DNA of 64,000 nucleotides from Candidatus Oxydemutatoraceae bacterium (GCA_965219575.1 OZ244779.1:300769-364768); one strand, 5' to 3'. Positions 1-10,858 are shown, counted from the first letter of the stretch. Translations and numbers: made by a program. Notes: a model not told the origin generated them from the sequence alone.

Positions 1-1
1 T

Positions 2-439
2 TTTAACTTCGAGAGCTACGAGCGGCAAGCAGCTTTGTTGTGTAGTGCCGAATTGAAGGCTCTACTCTACAAAATGGGGCTGATTATAGAATCGGGCACG
101 ATAGCGGGCGCAATCGAAAAAGAGGCACAGCAAGTAGTTAAAAAATCTTTGGGAGAAGCCGACTATTTATACGCATTAAAAAATAACATCGCTATGAGTA
201 GCCGACACACCGAAAATAACGGCTCTTTCTCGGCACAAAAAATAAGCGACATCAAGGATTTCAAAAGCTATGTATATCAAAGCGGATTGCGTTGTCTACT
301 CGGTTTGCTAAACGATATGCCGCAAGGATTTATTCAACGGATACTGTTCAAGCTCCCGAAAGCGTGGAGTGCGACTTCCTTTGAGAACAAAGCCGATTAT
401 CGAATAATCAAAAACTACTTGCCGCAGCTATTAAATTAA
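2..439 (+). CDS. T3SS sorting-platform protein SctK/YscK-like (5'-truncated by window edge)
   Basis: Frame is open from base 2; lies directly upstream of sctL; helical pattern resembles YscK. Confidence 0.55.
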   Translation, partial: FNFESYERQAALLCSAELKALLYKMGLIIESGTIAGAIEKEAQQVVKKSLGEADYLYALKNNIAMSSRHTENNGSFSAQKISDIKDFKSYVYQSGLRCLLGLLNDMPQGFIQRILFKLPKAWSATSFENKADYRIIKNYLPQLLN

Positions 440-445
440 AAAGGC

Positions 446-1081
446 ATGAGCAGTTTTACCTTGGTTAAAAATAAAAACATCCGGATTCAATCTCACAGCC
501 GAGTATTGAAAGCCGAGGACTATACGGTGGTTTTGCACGCCGCTCGGCTTGTCGAACAAGCGGAACAGGAAGCACAAAAAATAGTTGCCGATGCGCAAAC
601 CGCTTACGAGAGCGAAAAAGCACGCGGTTATCGAGACGGTTCCGAAGAAGGACGGGCCAAGCAAGCGGAAAAAATGATGACCGCAATGATAGAATCGGTG
701 CATTATTTTTCCGAAGTGGAAAATAAACTGGTCGATATCGTGATGTCGTCGACCAAAAAAATTTTAGACGGCTTCGACAACATAGAACTCACCAAAGGCA
801 TAGTCAAGCAAGCACTCGATAAAGTCCGCAACGAGAGCAAGATTACCTTGCGGGTCTATCCCGAGCACGCCGACGAAATTAGAACGGAACTTAAAGAGAT
901 TACCGCAAATTATACCAACATCGGCTTTATAGATGTGGTGGCGGACAGTCATATTCCCGAAAATGCCTGCAAAGTGGAAACTGAGATGGGGTCGGTCGAA
1001 ACCAGCGTGGATTTGCAACTGCGCGCCTTGCGCACCGCGTTAGCCAATAATTTTGACTCTCGGGCGACCGCGCTCGAATGA
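446..1081 (+). CDS. sctL: T3SS stator protein SctL (YscL/HrpE family)
   Basis: AxxxA/GxxxG repeats (YESEKARGYRDGSEEG) and C-terminal CKVETEMGSVETS, typical of FliH/YscL. Confidence 0.9.
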   Translation: MSSFTLVKNKNIRIQSHSRVLKAEDYTVVLHAARLVEQAEQEAQKIVADAQTAYESEKARGYRDGSEEGRAKQAEKMMTAMIESVHYFSEVENKLVDIVMSSTKKILDGFDNIELTKGIVKQALDKVRNESKITLRVYPEHADEIRTELKEITANYTNIGFIDVVADSHIPENACKVETEMGSVETSVDLQLRALRTALANNFDSRATALE

Positions 1082-1111
1082 TAGCCGACTCTGAAACCGT
1101 CCGATTGAATC

Positions 1112-1543
1112 ATGGTTAAACTCGATTTATTACTGAAAGAATTTGCCTATCAACATCATCTGGACGAACCGACTCCGGATGAAAAAAGTATCTACCACTT
1201 AACCATAGACGATATGGAGATTGCATGTTTTGAGAAGTTGAGTAAGGGTTATTTTTGCTCGACGCTGACGACTTTACCGGCACAAAATAGCACGATACCG
1301 ACCGTCTTGAAAGATGTGATGAACCACTCCCTGGCAAGAATTAAGTCTCAAACATGCGGTTTGGGATTAGACGAGGATAATAACCTGATTTTGTTTGAAC
1401 GTTTTGATATGGATACGATGAATCTATACGATTTTTCGGAGCGACTCGAGAAGTTCGTGAATGCTTTAGAAGAGTATCATCGCTTTACGACTGCCACGCC
1501 CACCGACCATCCTGCTGCCCCTAAGATGATTATCACACCTTGA
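1112..1543 (+). CDS. T3SS class I chaperone (CesT/YscB-like)
   Basis: 143 aa, acidic, GLGLDEDNNLILF followed by a C-terminal amphipathic helix; T3SS context. Confidence 0.7.
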   Translation: MVKLDLLLKEFAYQHHLDEPTPDEKSIYHLTIDDMEIACFEKLSKGYFCSTLTTLPAQNSTIPTVLKDVMNHSLARIKSQTCGLGLDEDNNLILFERFDMDTMNLYDFSERLEKFVNALEEYHRFTTATPTDHPAAPKMIITP

Positions 1544-1557
1544 CGGCGATCCGTATG

Positions 1558-1828
1558 GGGGCTGTTGAAAAAGTATCCACGAACCGCAGGGGCGGGCGGA
1601 CGTACAAGTCCGCCCTACTATGTCCGCCCGAAACCGTATCATGTTTGCACAATTAACGCGTTTACCCATGAATATTATGGAAACTATAATTAGGTGGCGC
1701 AAGCGGTTAAGGTTGTGCAGAACGGTACTTAAGGGCAGACATGCTAGTCTGCCCCTACGGGTGGTTATCGTTAATTTAGTGGCGCAAGCGGTTGCGGTCG
1801 TGCGAAGTGGTACTTTTTCAACAGTCCC
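1558..1828. mobile_element. MITE-like element (GGGRCTGTTGAAAAAGT TIR family) containing REP hairpins
   Basis: Terminal GGGGCTGTTGAAAAAGT ... ACTTTTTCAACAGTCCC. Confidence 0.7.
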
Positions 1829-1851
1829 ATGCAGCGGTAGCCTTTAGTTTG

Positions 1852-4236
1852 ATGAAGACACTGCGCGTAAAAGTATTGTGGGGGTTGGGCTTTCCGGTAA
1901 TTTTATTCGTAATAGTATTATTGATTGCCAACTTTTTTTATGTCGACCATCAAATGAGAGAACTGACTTATTCGTATGTCAACGGCATGGCTCTCGAGGT
2001 CGATAACAAACTCAACATGCAGGTAAGCGAAGTAGAGGAAATGACCAGAGTTATTGCCGCCTATCTGAAACAGAATGACGATATAGACAAAGCACGTGTT
2101 CAAGGATTACTGGACAATTTATTGGATGCCGAAGAACAATACGATATTTTTACCGTTCGCAGACCTTTGGTGATAGAGGGTCATATAAAGGGTAACAACC
2201 GGTCGAATATTCGGCAACGAACCGTGAATAGTGCCGATGAAGCGCGCTACCAAAATTATTTTGAACTCGCCCGCCAACGCGATGCATGGAGTCGGTTGAC
2301 ACTCGAGGACGGCAACTGGAAAACCAGCTATATCGCTCCTTTTAAGACTACAGCCGACCATACCGACGGGATCGTAGCCGTCGATGTTTTGTTGTCCGAT
2401 TTAGTCTCCGAACTCCTCGACGCACGCATATCCGAAGATGCGGCGATATTATTTTCCGTCAAATTAGGCAGCGGTGTGACCGAGACACTGATATTAGATG
2501 ACGAGATACACGGTAAAATTAGGCAACTGAACAGCGGTCTATCCGATATGACAGATAACGCCGACGCAATGTTACCGAGTTTTAGCGCGCCGATGAAGGC
2601 GCATCAAATAGAAGACCCTTTAGATGGTCACGGACAAGTATTTATTGCCCAACTACCGGCCAGTTTTAGCCCCAATTTACAACTCATCGTGTTGCTACCT
2701 AAAGAAACGGTATTTTTGTATCTTTATCGTGCAAAACTTATAGAGTCGGTATCGGTGTTAATAGCTTTCTTGGGTTTATTACTGTTGATATCTCTGGTTG
2801 CAAAGTCCTTATCGAAGCCGATTTCCGCGCTCAGCCAAAGAGTAGAGGGGTTGGCGGCGGGTAATTTGAGTATCAAATTCCCGGCAACCGATTCGTGCAG
2901 AGAACTCAGTAGCTTATCGACAAACCTGAATCGAACGGTCGGACGCTTGAAAAGCTATTTTTCCGACCTCAAACGAGTTACCGCACAAAACGAGAGGATC
3001 AATAGCGAAATCAATATCTCCCACGATGTACAAATGTCGCTTTTACCGCAGCGTAGCGATTGGGGAGAAATCACCGATACCGATATATACGGGTGTACCT
3101 TGCCCGCCAAAGAGGTCGGCGGCGATTTCTACTACTTTTTCAAGATAGATCAACATCGCACGGCATTGGTTATCGGAGATGTGTCGGGTAAAGGGATGCC
3201 GGCGGCGATCATGATGGCGGTGTGTCTCAGCCTGTTCAAAGCGCAAAGTGCCAACATTCCGCAACCCGATGTATGCCTGCAAAAAATCAACCACTTTTTA
3301 ATGCAAGAGCATGCCGGTCAAGGTGCTTTCGTAACCTTGTTTTATGCGATTCTCGACACTTCCAGCGGCGAGTTGATCTATGCCAATGCAGGACATAACC
3401 CGCCGTTGATAGCGAGAAAAACCGGTTCCATAGAGTTTTTGGATCAAAAACACGGTGTTGCATTGGCGGTTGTGGAAAACCCGCGTTATGAAATTTATAA
3501 GACACAGCTAGGTTATGGTGATATGTTGTTGCTCTATACCGACGGCATCACCGAAGCGCACGATATGGACGAAGAAGAATTCGGAGAACAAAGGCTCACC
3601 GAATGTATCGCGTACTGCAACGAAATCAACGCTGCACAACCGGCGAGACATTGTGTGCAACATATTATCAAGCGTGTGGCTCAATTCATGCGCGGCTGCG
3701 TACAGTTCGACGATATGACCCTATTATGTGCGGTGAGACAAGATGCGCGCAACAATTTGCCGAGTACCGACTCCGAGTCGGCAAGCGATGACCCGATAAC
3801 AGGTATCGTCGAATTACGCAATCTGCAATTTAAGCATCATTTGAGTATTCGTTACGACATCAAAGAAATTAGTAAAATTGTTGATTTGATCGACTCTTTC
3901 TGCACCGATTACCATATTGATAGCGAGGTCGCTTCCGACCTGTGCGTTGTGGTGGATGAGTTTATATCAAACATTATCCGCCATAACGAAACGGACAAGA
4001 ATACCGGGTCGATTAAAACACAGCTGGCTAAAAGAGACGGTGTTTTGCTTTTGGTGTTGGAATATCAAGGGAAATCGTTTGATCCGTTGCAACCGCCTAC
4101 GCTCGATATACACGAAGATTGGCGCAAACGACGTCCGGGCGGGTTGGGGATCCACATCGCTCGACAGTTGATCGATTACAGTGCTTATATGCACAGTGCC
4201 GGAAAAAATGTTCTGGTAATAGAAAAAAAGTTGTAA
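1852..4236 (+). CDS. Membrane sensor/HAMP/SpoIIE (PP2C, RsbU-like) phosphatase fused to C-terminal RsbW-like HATPase domain
   Basis: Two TM helices, HAMP, VGGDFY, IGDVSGKG, LYTDG, FDDMT; then DEFISNII and GGLGIHI. ATG 1852 preferred because 1792 lies in a repeat. Confidence 0.85.
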   Translation: MKTLRVKVLWGLGFPVILFVIVLLIANFFYVDHQMRELTYSYVNGMALEVDNKLNMQVSEVEEMTRVIAAYLKQNDDIDKARVQGLLDNLLDAEEQYDIFTVRRPLVIEGHIKGNNRSNIRQRTVNSADEARYQNYFELARQRDAWSRLTLEDGNWKTSYIAPFKTTADHTDGIVAVDVLLSDLVSELLDARISEDAAILFSVKLGSGVTETLILDDEIHGKIRQLNSGLSDMTDNADAMLPSFSAPMKAHQIEDPLDGHGQVFIAQLPASFSPNLQLIVLLPKETVFLYLYRAKLIESVSVLIAFLGLLLLISLVAKSLSKPISALSQRVEGLAAGNLSIKFPATDSCRELSSLSTNLNRTVGRLKSYFSDLKRVTAQNERINSEINISHDVQMSLLPQRSDWGEITDTDIYGCTLPAKEVGGDFYYFFKIDQHRTALVIGDVSGKGMPAAIMMAVCLSLFKAQSANIPQPDVCLQKINHFLMQEHAGQGAFVTLFYAILDTSSGELIYANAGHNPPLIARKTGSIEFLDQKHGVALAVVENPRYEIYKTQLGYGDMLLLYTDGITEAHDMDEEEFGEQRLTECIAYCNEINAAQPARHCVQHIIKRVAQFMRGCVQFDDMTLLCAVRQDARNNLPSTDSESASDDPITGIVELRNLQFKHHLSIRYDIKEISKIVDLIDSFCTDYHIDSEVASDLCVVVDEFISNIIRHNETDKNTGSIKTQLAKRDGVLLLVLEYQGKSFDPLQPPTLDIHEDWRKRRPGGLGIHIARQLIDYSAYMHSAGKNVLVIEKKL

Positions 4237-4260
4237 AATTGTTAAGGATACGGAGGGGAT

Positions 4261-5586
4261 ATGAACACCAGTTTTAACTATATTACCGAAGCACTCGAAG
4301 ACACGATCGATCGTGCCGAGTTGCTCGAAGTCTGCGGCTTCGTCTTGGAAGTCACCGGCACCTTGATTCGTGCCGTCGTGCCGGGGGTCAAAATAGGCGA
4401 ACTTTGCATTTTGCGCAACCCCGGCGAAAAAGGTTCTTTGATGGCCGAGGTTGTCGGTTTTGAAGACCGCCGTGTTTTGCTGACACCGATGGGCGAGATG
4501 CTCGGTATTTCCAACAGCACACAGGTTTTACCGACCGGGCATTCGCACAGAGTGCCGGTCGGTCCGCAGATTTTAGGGAGAGTATTAAACGGCTTGGGAC
4601 ACCCTTTCGACGACGGTCCCGCTTTGGAAACCAATACTTTTTATCCGGTCTACGCCGATCCGCCGGAACCGATGAAAAGAAAAATTATCGATAAACCGTT
4701 GCCTATGGGGTTGAAGGTCTTGGACGGTTTGTTGACCTGCGGCGAAGGACAAAGAATGGGTATCTTCGCAGCTGCCGGCGGCGGCAAAAGCACATTACTA
4801 TCGATGCTCGTTAGAAGTGCCGATGCCGATGTAACCGTACTGGCTCTGATAGGCGAGCGCGGACGAGAAGTGCGCGAGTTTATAGAACGAGACATCGGCA
4901 CCGAAAATCTAAAACATTCGGTAATCGTCGTGGCAACCTCGGATCGTCCTTCTATGGAACGCGTCAAAGCGGCTTATGTCGCAACTGCGGTTGCCGAATA
5001 TTTTAGGGATCAAGGTAAGCGGGTGTTACTGTTGATGGATTCGGTGACACGATTCGCCCGCGCCCAACGCGAGATCGGGCTGGCTGCCGGCGAACCGCCG
5101 ACACGGCGCGGTTTTCCGCCGTCGGTTTTTGCGACTTTGCCGCAGCTGATGGAACGCGCCGGACAGTCCGACAAAGGTTCGATTACGGCACTTTACACGG
5201 TGCTCGTCGAAGGCGACGATATGACCGAACCCGTTGCCGACGAGACTCGCTCCATACTCGACGGACATATCATATTATCGCGTCAGCTGGCGAGCGCAAA
5301 TCATTACCCGGCAGTTGATGTATTGGCAAGCGTTAGCCGCGTGATGAGTGCGATCGTAGAAAAGGAACATGTAGACTTGGCGGGGCGGATGCGCGAGCTG
5401 CTTGCTAAATATAAAGAGGTGGAATTGCTGATCAAAATAGGCGAATACAAAGAGGGCAGCGACGAAGTGGCAGACGAAGCGGTAGCTAAAATAGAGGCTA
5501 TCAACGAATTTTTGAAGCAGGGAGTCGACGAAGTGTTCTCAACCGAAGAGGTTTTGGATTCAATGCAAGCGGTGATGGAGGATTGA
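4261..5586 (+). CDS. sctN: T3SS ATPase SctN (Ysc family)
   Basis: [40 protein letters not shown], matching YscN. Confidence 0.95.
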   Translation: MNTSFNYITEALEDTIDRAELLEVCGFVLEVTGTLIRAVVPGVKIGELCILRNPGEKGSLMAEVVGFEDRRVLLTPMGEMLGISNSTQVLPTGHSHRVPVGPQILGRVLNGLGHPFDDGPALETNTFYPVYADPPEPMKRKIIDKPLPMGLKVLDGLLTCGEGQRMGIFAAAGGGKSTLLSMLVRSADADVTVLALIGERGREVREFIERDIGTENLKHSVIVVATSDRPSMERVKAAYVATAVAEYFRDQGKRVLLLMDSVTRFARAQREIGLAAGEPPTRRGFPPSVFATLPQLMERAGQSDKGSITALYTVLVEGDDMTEPVADETRSILDGHIILSRQLASANHYPAVDVLASVSRVMSAIVEKEHVDLAGRMRELLAKYKEVELLIKIGEYKEGSDEVADEAVAKIEAINEFLKQGVDEVFSTEEVLDSMQAVMED

Positions 5587-6062
5587 AGCAAATGATGATA
5601 TCGTTGGACGAGTTGCTGGATGTTAAGCGATTACGAGAAGATGAGGCGATCAAAGCAATGAAAGAGAAGCAATTACAGCTCGAGCAATGTCAAAAAATAT
5701 TAGCCGTCAAAATCACCGAACACGACGACTATGTGGCATGGCGTAAAGAGAAAGAAAAAGGCTTATACGAAGAAGTTTTAGAAAAAGAAGTTCACGCACA
5801 TAATCTCAACACGATGCGAGACCAAATTAGATTTTTCAAAGAACAACAACAACAACTTAAAGAAGAGATAGAAAAAGCACAGGCCGCAGTGACCGAGGCG
5901 ACCGAGCATCTGGCGGAAGCTAGACAAATGCGTATGGAAGCCTACAAAACGGTTAAGAAATACGAAGAATACAGAGATATTATGCAAGCCATCGAAAATC
6001 GTGAAACCGAAAGGCGCGAAGAACTTGAAGCCGAAGAATTCACCGTTCGCCCGGCAAACTAA
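5583..6062 (+). CDS. sctO: T3SS stalk protein SctO
   Basis: Charged coiled coil ending EELEAEEF, immediately after sctN. Confidence 0.8.
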   Translation: MKQMMISLDELLDVKRLREDEAIKAMKEKQLQLEQCQKILAVKITEHDDYVAWRKEKEKGLYEEVLEKEVHAHNLNTMRDQIRFFKEQQQQLKEEIEKAQAAVTEATEHLAEARQMRMEAYKTVKKYEEYRDIMQAIENRETERREELEAEEFTVRPAN

Positions 6063-6064
6063 CA

Positions 6065-6823
6065 ATGATTAAAAAAATTTCCGACGGAAAAAGAGCGCAA
6101 GAGCAGAGTGTCGAGTCTCATAAACTCGATGCACGCACCGTGTCAAAGGCAGCTGCCGAACAGTTTTCGTCTTTGGTGAATAAAAAACCTACCGCATCAA
6201 AGGAAATTTCCAAATCGCCGAAGCTCAAAAAGTCCGTAGATAAGGTAAAGGCTAAATTGGCAGAAAAAATGGGGGAGGCTAAAACCACCGCTCGCCGAAC
6301 ACCGATAAGCAAAAACGATTCGTCTGCCGATAAGCAAAAGTCGAACGACCAGGAGGCTTTGCCACAAAGCCTGGATGCATTCGATATCGCCGCAATGGCT
6401 GCCCGAAGTAATACCCAGACTCAAAGTGCGCCCCCGGTTGCCGAAACTACACCGGCACCCTCTGCAGACTTGAGTAAGATTGTCAATGAAATTGCCGACC
6501 GCATACTGGTCTCTTCCCCCGCCGACAACCCCACCGGTGCGCAAGAGATCCGCATCCACTTAAAAGAATCGGTATTGTCCGACACCGAAGTCCGTATTTA
6601 TCGCCACGCCGGTAGCCTGCAAGTTGAATTCCTGAGCGGATCTAAAGATAGCCAAATGTTTATAGCGCAAAAACAACCGGACATACAAAAGATATTAGGC
6701 GAACGGTTGGCAAACGAAACCGTCAATGTGTCGGTGCAAGATAGCCAACAAACGCGTGGCGGACAAGGAGAGGGACGCTCCCGCCAGCAATATATCGACC
6801 CCGACGCAGACAACCAACCGTAG
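6065..6823 (+). CDS. sctP: T3SS needle-length control protein SctP
   Basis: Low-complexity N-terminus, T3S4-like domain (RILVS..EIRIHL..LSDTEVRI) and GEGRSRQ tail. Confidence 0.8.
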   Translation: MIKKISDGKRAQEQSVESHKLDARTVSKAAAEQFSSLVNKKPTASKEISKSPKLKKSVDKVKAKLAEKMGEAKTTARRTPISKNDSSADKQKSNDQEALPQSLDAFDIAAMAARSNTQTQSAPPVAETTPAPSADLSKIVNEIADRILVSSPADNPTGAQEIRIHLKESVLSDTEVRIYRHAGSLQVEFLSGSKDSQMFIAQKQPDIQKILGERLANETVNVSVQDSQQTRGGQGEGRSRQQYIDPDADNQP

Positions 6824-7550
6824 AACCGCCGATTGAACCGGTACAGTGCCGGCGCATTCCCCTCCTTGTAGGGGTGGCACAAGTCAATTCCCCTCCTGTG
6901 GAGGGGTGGCCTACGCATTTTGCAATGCATGCGTTTAGCAGTCATGTTGAGGTTCTGAACAAAGTCACGCCGATTGAACCAGTAGGTCAATCGGCGGTTC
7001 TATTCAGCTTGACGGGGTGGTCGCTAAGAGGGGCTGTTGAAAAAGTGTGGGCATTGCTCAAACCCAACCGCTGTGCGCCGTGAATATTTGCAAACCACCC
7101 GTAGGGGCGGACTTGTATGTCCGCCCTAAAGTGCCGCTCTGCACAGCCGTAACCGCTTGCGCCGTATGGTTTTGGTTTCCATAAATCGGGTGAATGAATG
7201 TATAAATCGTGCCAACCAGCACGTTACGGGCGGACATACAAGTCCGCCCCTACCACTCTATGGAATACTTTTTCAACAGTCCCTAAGAGTCTGCACCAGC
7301 TAATTCCCCTCCTCTGGAGGGATGGCCTACGCATTTTGCAATGCATGCGTTTAGCAGTCATGTTGAGGTTCTGAACAAAGTCACGCCGATTGACTTTTGA
7401 CATTCGTGTTATTTCTAATAGCCATAAATAGTTAAATCTCGTATAACGTAACGTTCCTTGTGCTACTGCAACAAGGAACGGTTATTTGGTTCAATCGGCG
7501 GTTCTATTCAGCTTGACGGGGTGGTCCCAACCACCTGCACCGCATCATAG
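6824..7550. repeat. Intergenic mosaic repeat cluster (CCCCTCC/GGAGGGG hairpins, GCCGATTGA hairpins, MITE)
   Basis: Block CCTACGCATTTTGCAATGCATGCG...TCACGCCGATTGA occurs at about 6910, 7326 and (as CCTATGC variant) 9056. Confidence 0.85.
7030..7283. mobile_element. MITE-like element with inverted REP doublet, 5-bp TSD TAAGA
   Basis: TIRs; TAAGA at 7025-7029 and 7284-7288; GTAG-REPs at 7101 (+) and ending 7253 (-). Confidence 0.8.
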
Positions 7551-7697
7551 CGGTTGCCACAAATCAAAAATGTGCCAATCTCGCCCGAGTAGAGTATAAT
7601 TAATACCTGCAAACGAATGAGATATGAATTTTTCATTTTTCTAGTCATTGAAACCCACAACAGCATTTTTGATAATTGAAGGAAAGAGAAATTAATT

Positions 7698-8300
7698 ATG
7701 AGATATACACTATGCTTAATTTTTTTGAGCTTTTTGGTGAGTAGCATGGCCGGCGCGCAAAGCGATGCCGAACACGGCAAATCAAAATCCATGACTTGCG
7801 CCGCTTGCCACGGTCCCGACGGCAACAGCGTTAACCCGCAGTGGCCTAAAATCGCCGGTCAGTCGGCACAATATATCACCAAGCAGTTGGAACATTTCAA
7901 AAAGAACGAGCGTGTCAACCCGCTAATGAACCCGCAGGCAGCGGCACTATCCGATGACGATATTAAGCACTTGGCAGCCTATTATGAATCGATCACTCGC
8001 AGTCCCGGTGCTGCCGACGAGAAATTGGCCGAAGCGGGTGAGAAACTATACCGCGGCGGTAATGCCGAAAGCGGTATTCCCGCCTGCATCTCGTGCCACG
8101 GCCCCAACGGCAAAGGCAATCCGGCAGCAGGTTTTCCCAACATTTCGTATCAACACGCAACATATTTGACTGAACGCCTCAAGAAATACCGTAGTGGTGC
8201 CGACACCTACAGTGGCTCGGAAATTATGAACGGTATTTCCGCTAAATTGACCGACGAAGAAATAGAAGCGGTCTCGTCGTATATGCAAGGACTGCATTAA
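7698..8300 (+). CDS. Diheme cytochrome c4
   Basis: Signal peptide; CAACH and CISCH heme motifs. Confidence 0.92.
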   Translation: MRYTLCLIFLSFLVSSMAGAQSDAEHGKSKSMTCAACHGPDGNSVNPQWPKIAGQSAQYITKQLEHFKKNERVNPLMNPQAAALSDDDIKHLAAYYESITRSPGAADEKLAEAGEKLYRGGNAESGIPACISCHGPNGKGNPAAGFPNISYQHATYLTERLKKYRSGADTYSGSEIMNGISAKLTDEEIEAVSSYMQGLH

Positions 8301-8302
8301 AG

Positions 8303-8971
8303 ATGTTCTCGCCACGCAATCCAATGACTCGTACTATGAGAACCCTATACGCATCGGGCATTGCCCTGATTTTTGTATTGTTGAGCCAGGCAGCATTTGC
8401 CGAAGAGTTTGTCGAAGGGAGCGACTATGATGTTATTTCTCCGCGTATGGAAACTACCGTCGGCGAAGACAAAATTGAAGTAATAGAATTCTTTTGGTAC
8501 GGTTGCCCGCATTGCTACACCATAGAACCGTATATCAAAAACTGGGAGATGCCGGCGGATGTGGAGCTGGTGCGCATCCCGGCGACATTCAGCGAACCAT
8601 GGATCATCCACGCCAAAGTCTATTACACCCTGGAAAGTCTAGACCGTCTTGATCTGCACGAGGTGTTTTTTAATGCGATACACGGCAGGCAGCAACGGCG
8701 CGACTTGGTGCGCGAAGATAAAATAGCCGAGTTCTTCGCCTCGTTTAGTTCCGGTATCCCCGAGGACAAATTTAGCAAAGCCTATAATTCCTTCATCGTT
8801 AATACCAAAACCCAAAAAGCCGATCGCTTGGTCCGCGAATACGCCATCAAGAGCGTACCGACTTTTATCGTCAACGGTCGCTACCTGAGCTCGCCGAGCA
8901 TGGTCGGCAGTTCCGAGCGTCTGATCGGTGCTTTGGATTATCTGACAAACCTAGAACGGGATAAATCTTAG
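8303..8971 (+). CDS. dsbA: Thiol:disulfide interchange protein DsbA
   Basis: EFFWYGCPHC and cis-Pro VPTF; follows cytochrome c4. Confidence 0.92.
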   Translation: MFSPRNPMTRTMRTLYASGIALIFVLLSQAAFAEEFVEGSDYDVISPRMETTVGEDKIEVIEFFWYGCPHCYTIEPYIKNWEMPADVELVRIPATFSEPWIIHAKVYYTLESLDRLDLHEVFFNAIHGRQQRRDLVREDKIAEFFASFSSGIPEDKFSKAYNSFIVNTKTQKADRLVREYAIKSVPTFIVNGRYLSSPSMVGSSERLIGALDYLTNLERDKS

Positions 8972-8974
8972 GCT

Positions 8975-9300
8975 GTGTGCCGAGGCACCCTATTCAATTC
9001 ACCCCTTAATTCCCCTCCTTGTAGGGGCGGACTCGTATGTCCGCCCTTAGGGTGGCCTATGCATTTTGCAATGCATGCGTTTAGCAGTCATGTTAAGGTT
9101 CTGAACAAAGTCACGCCGATTGAACCAGTAGGTCAATCGGCGGTTCTATTCAGCCTGACGGGGTGGTTATTATAAATTAAATGGCGCAAAGCGATTGGGT
9201 GCGTGCAAGTAATAATAAAGAGCAAACACACAAGTCCGCCTTTACATTGCGTTTTACATTGTGGTTCTGCACAATGTCACGCCGATCGGCGTCCGCCGAA
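8975..9300. repeat. Intergenic mosaic repeat cluster
   Basis: REP at 9021 plus the same blocks as 6824-7550. Confidence 0.8.
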
Positions 9301-9352
9301 TTGGATTCTGTCGTGCTGATATAATAGCCGATAACATGTTATATTTTTTACG

Positions 9353-10312
9353 ATGAAATACTTACAACGCAATCTAATCTATGCCGGTTTGTGCTTACTG
9401 CTCATCTGCTCGGCGAATATGGCTTCCGCACAAGCACCTGGGGTTAGCGTGTCAAGTAGTCAAACAGTGGTTAGTCGTACTATAGATTTCACCGTGAACT
9501 TAAGCCGTCAACTTGGCGAAGATGAAGCTGTAGCAGTTAATATTCGGCTTCGCGATATTGTTCAAAGTGAAGTCGAGAGTATAAATCCTTTGGGAAAGGA
9601 TAGTACCAACCTATGTAGGCTTGTAGGTGGCGGATTTCGGTTTAGACGAGAGAACACTGACCCTCCTGTTAGACGAGAGAACACTGACCCTCCTGAATAC
9701 AGTTTGTGCATGGATGAAGGTGAACAAAATGTGACCATACGATTAGTATTAAAGGATACTTTTGATACGAGCAGAGCTATAGCAATTTCTCTATTTGGAG
9801 GATCCTATGCTACTCCTGGCAGTATTGGTAACATTTTTGTCAGCTCAACCTTAAATATTTTGCCACCATTGGAGGTTAGCCTAGAAAGAGGGACAACCAC
9901 TCAAACTTCAATGGGTCTCCGAATAGATTTCAAAGTCAACTTAAGCCGTGAACTTACAGGTAGTGAGGTACTACAATGTACCATTGATTTTAACAATATT
10001 GATGACGATGAAATTGATAGTATAACGCTTGTGCCTCCTCATCCGTCGTCTACTAATTTGGGTGCTGGTAGTTCGGATCCCCCCAGACGCGACTTGAGAA
10101 CGCGCGCCGGTGCACAAGACACAACTATACGATTACAGCTAAAAAGTCCTCCTTTTGATGAGACAAAAATTATATCAATTTCTTTGAGCGGTTGTCTTGG
10201 TAGTAATATCGCCGAGGGTGTCGAAGAAGATCTTCAAAACTCTATTTTATATTATCCCGACACGGTTATTTTGATCCGTAGCAAGGTTTTTTTGGAGGGT
10301 CCGCTCCAATAA
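9353..10312 (+). CDS. Secreted protein with two beta-rich repeats and C-terminal IRSKVFLEGPLQ
   Basis: Signal peptide ending ASA|Q; IDFTVNLSRQL and IDFKVNLSREL repeats; AT-rich. Confidence 0.75.
   Translation: MKYLQRNLIYAGLCLLLICSANMASAQAPGVSVSSSQTVVSRTIDFTVNLSRQLGEDEAVAVNIRLRDIVQSEVESINPLGKDSTNLCRLVGGGFRFRRENTDPPVRRENTDPPEYSLCMDEGEQNVTIRLVLKDTFDTSRAIAISLFGGSYATPGSIGNIFVSSTLNILPPLEVSLERGTTTQTSMGLRIDFKVNLSRELTGSEVLQCTIDFNNIDDDEIDSITLVPPHPSSTNLGAGSSDPPRRDLRTRAGAQDTTIRLQLKSPPFDETKIISISLSGCLGSNIAEGVEEDLQNSILYYPDTVILIRSKVFLEGPLQ
9642..9695 (+). repeat. Perfect 27-bp in-frame tandem duplication
   Basis: TTAGACGAGAGAACACTGACCCTCCTG twice (RRENTDPP x2). Confidence 0.95.
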
Positions 10313-10356
10313 CTATTCGTATCCTGTGGAAGGGAATTAACTAGTGCAGAACCTCT

Positions 10357-10565
10357 CGGGCTGTTGAAAAAGTATCGTCACGGCGTAATCGTAACCGCTT
10401 GCGCTGTGAATATTTGCAAACCACCCGTAGGGGCGGACTAGCATGTCCGCCCGTAACGCGTTGTTCCTACACGATTTATACATTCATCCATCCAATTTAT
10501 GGAAACCAAAACCAAATGGCGCAAGTGATTGGATTCGTACGATGCCGCACTTTTTCAACAGTCCC
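10357..10565. mobile_element. MITE-like element, 5-bp TSD CCTCT
   Basis: TIRs; CCTCT at 10352-10356 and 10566-10570; internal REP. Confidence 0.8.
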
Positions 10566-10647
10566 CCTCTGCGACCACCCCGTCAGGCTGACTAGAACCG
10601 CCGATTGAACCAGTAGGTCAATCGGCGTGACTTTGTACAGATGCGAT

Positions 10648-10814
10648 GGGGCTGTTGAAAAAGTATCCACGAACCGTAGGGGCGGACTAACATGTCCGCC
10701 CGTAACGCGTTGGCCGGCACGATTTATACATTCATCCATTCAATTTATGGAAACCAAAACCATACGGCGCAAGCGGTTGGGTTTGAGCGATGCCCGCGCT
10801 TTTTCAACAGTCTC
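10648..10814. mobile_element. MITE-like element with one REP
   Basis: TIRs present; no matching TSD. Confidence 0.7.
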
Positions 10815-10858
10815 CCGTAACGTATCGGCTAGCGCATACATTACAATAGGTAGGTAGA

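Noticed and set aside
6824-7550. Repeat clusters as CRISPR arrays
   Set aside because: No constant repeat with regular unique spacers, and no cas genes in the window.
9100-10640. Hairpins flanking accessory genes as integron attC sites
   Set aside because: No clear RYYYAAC/GTTRRRY pairs, no integrase, and the same hairpins flank core genes.
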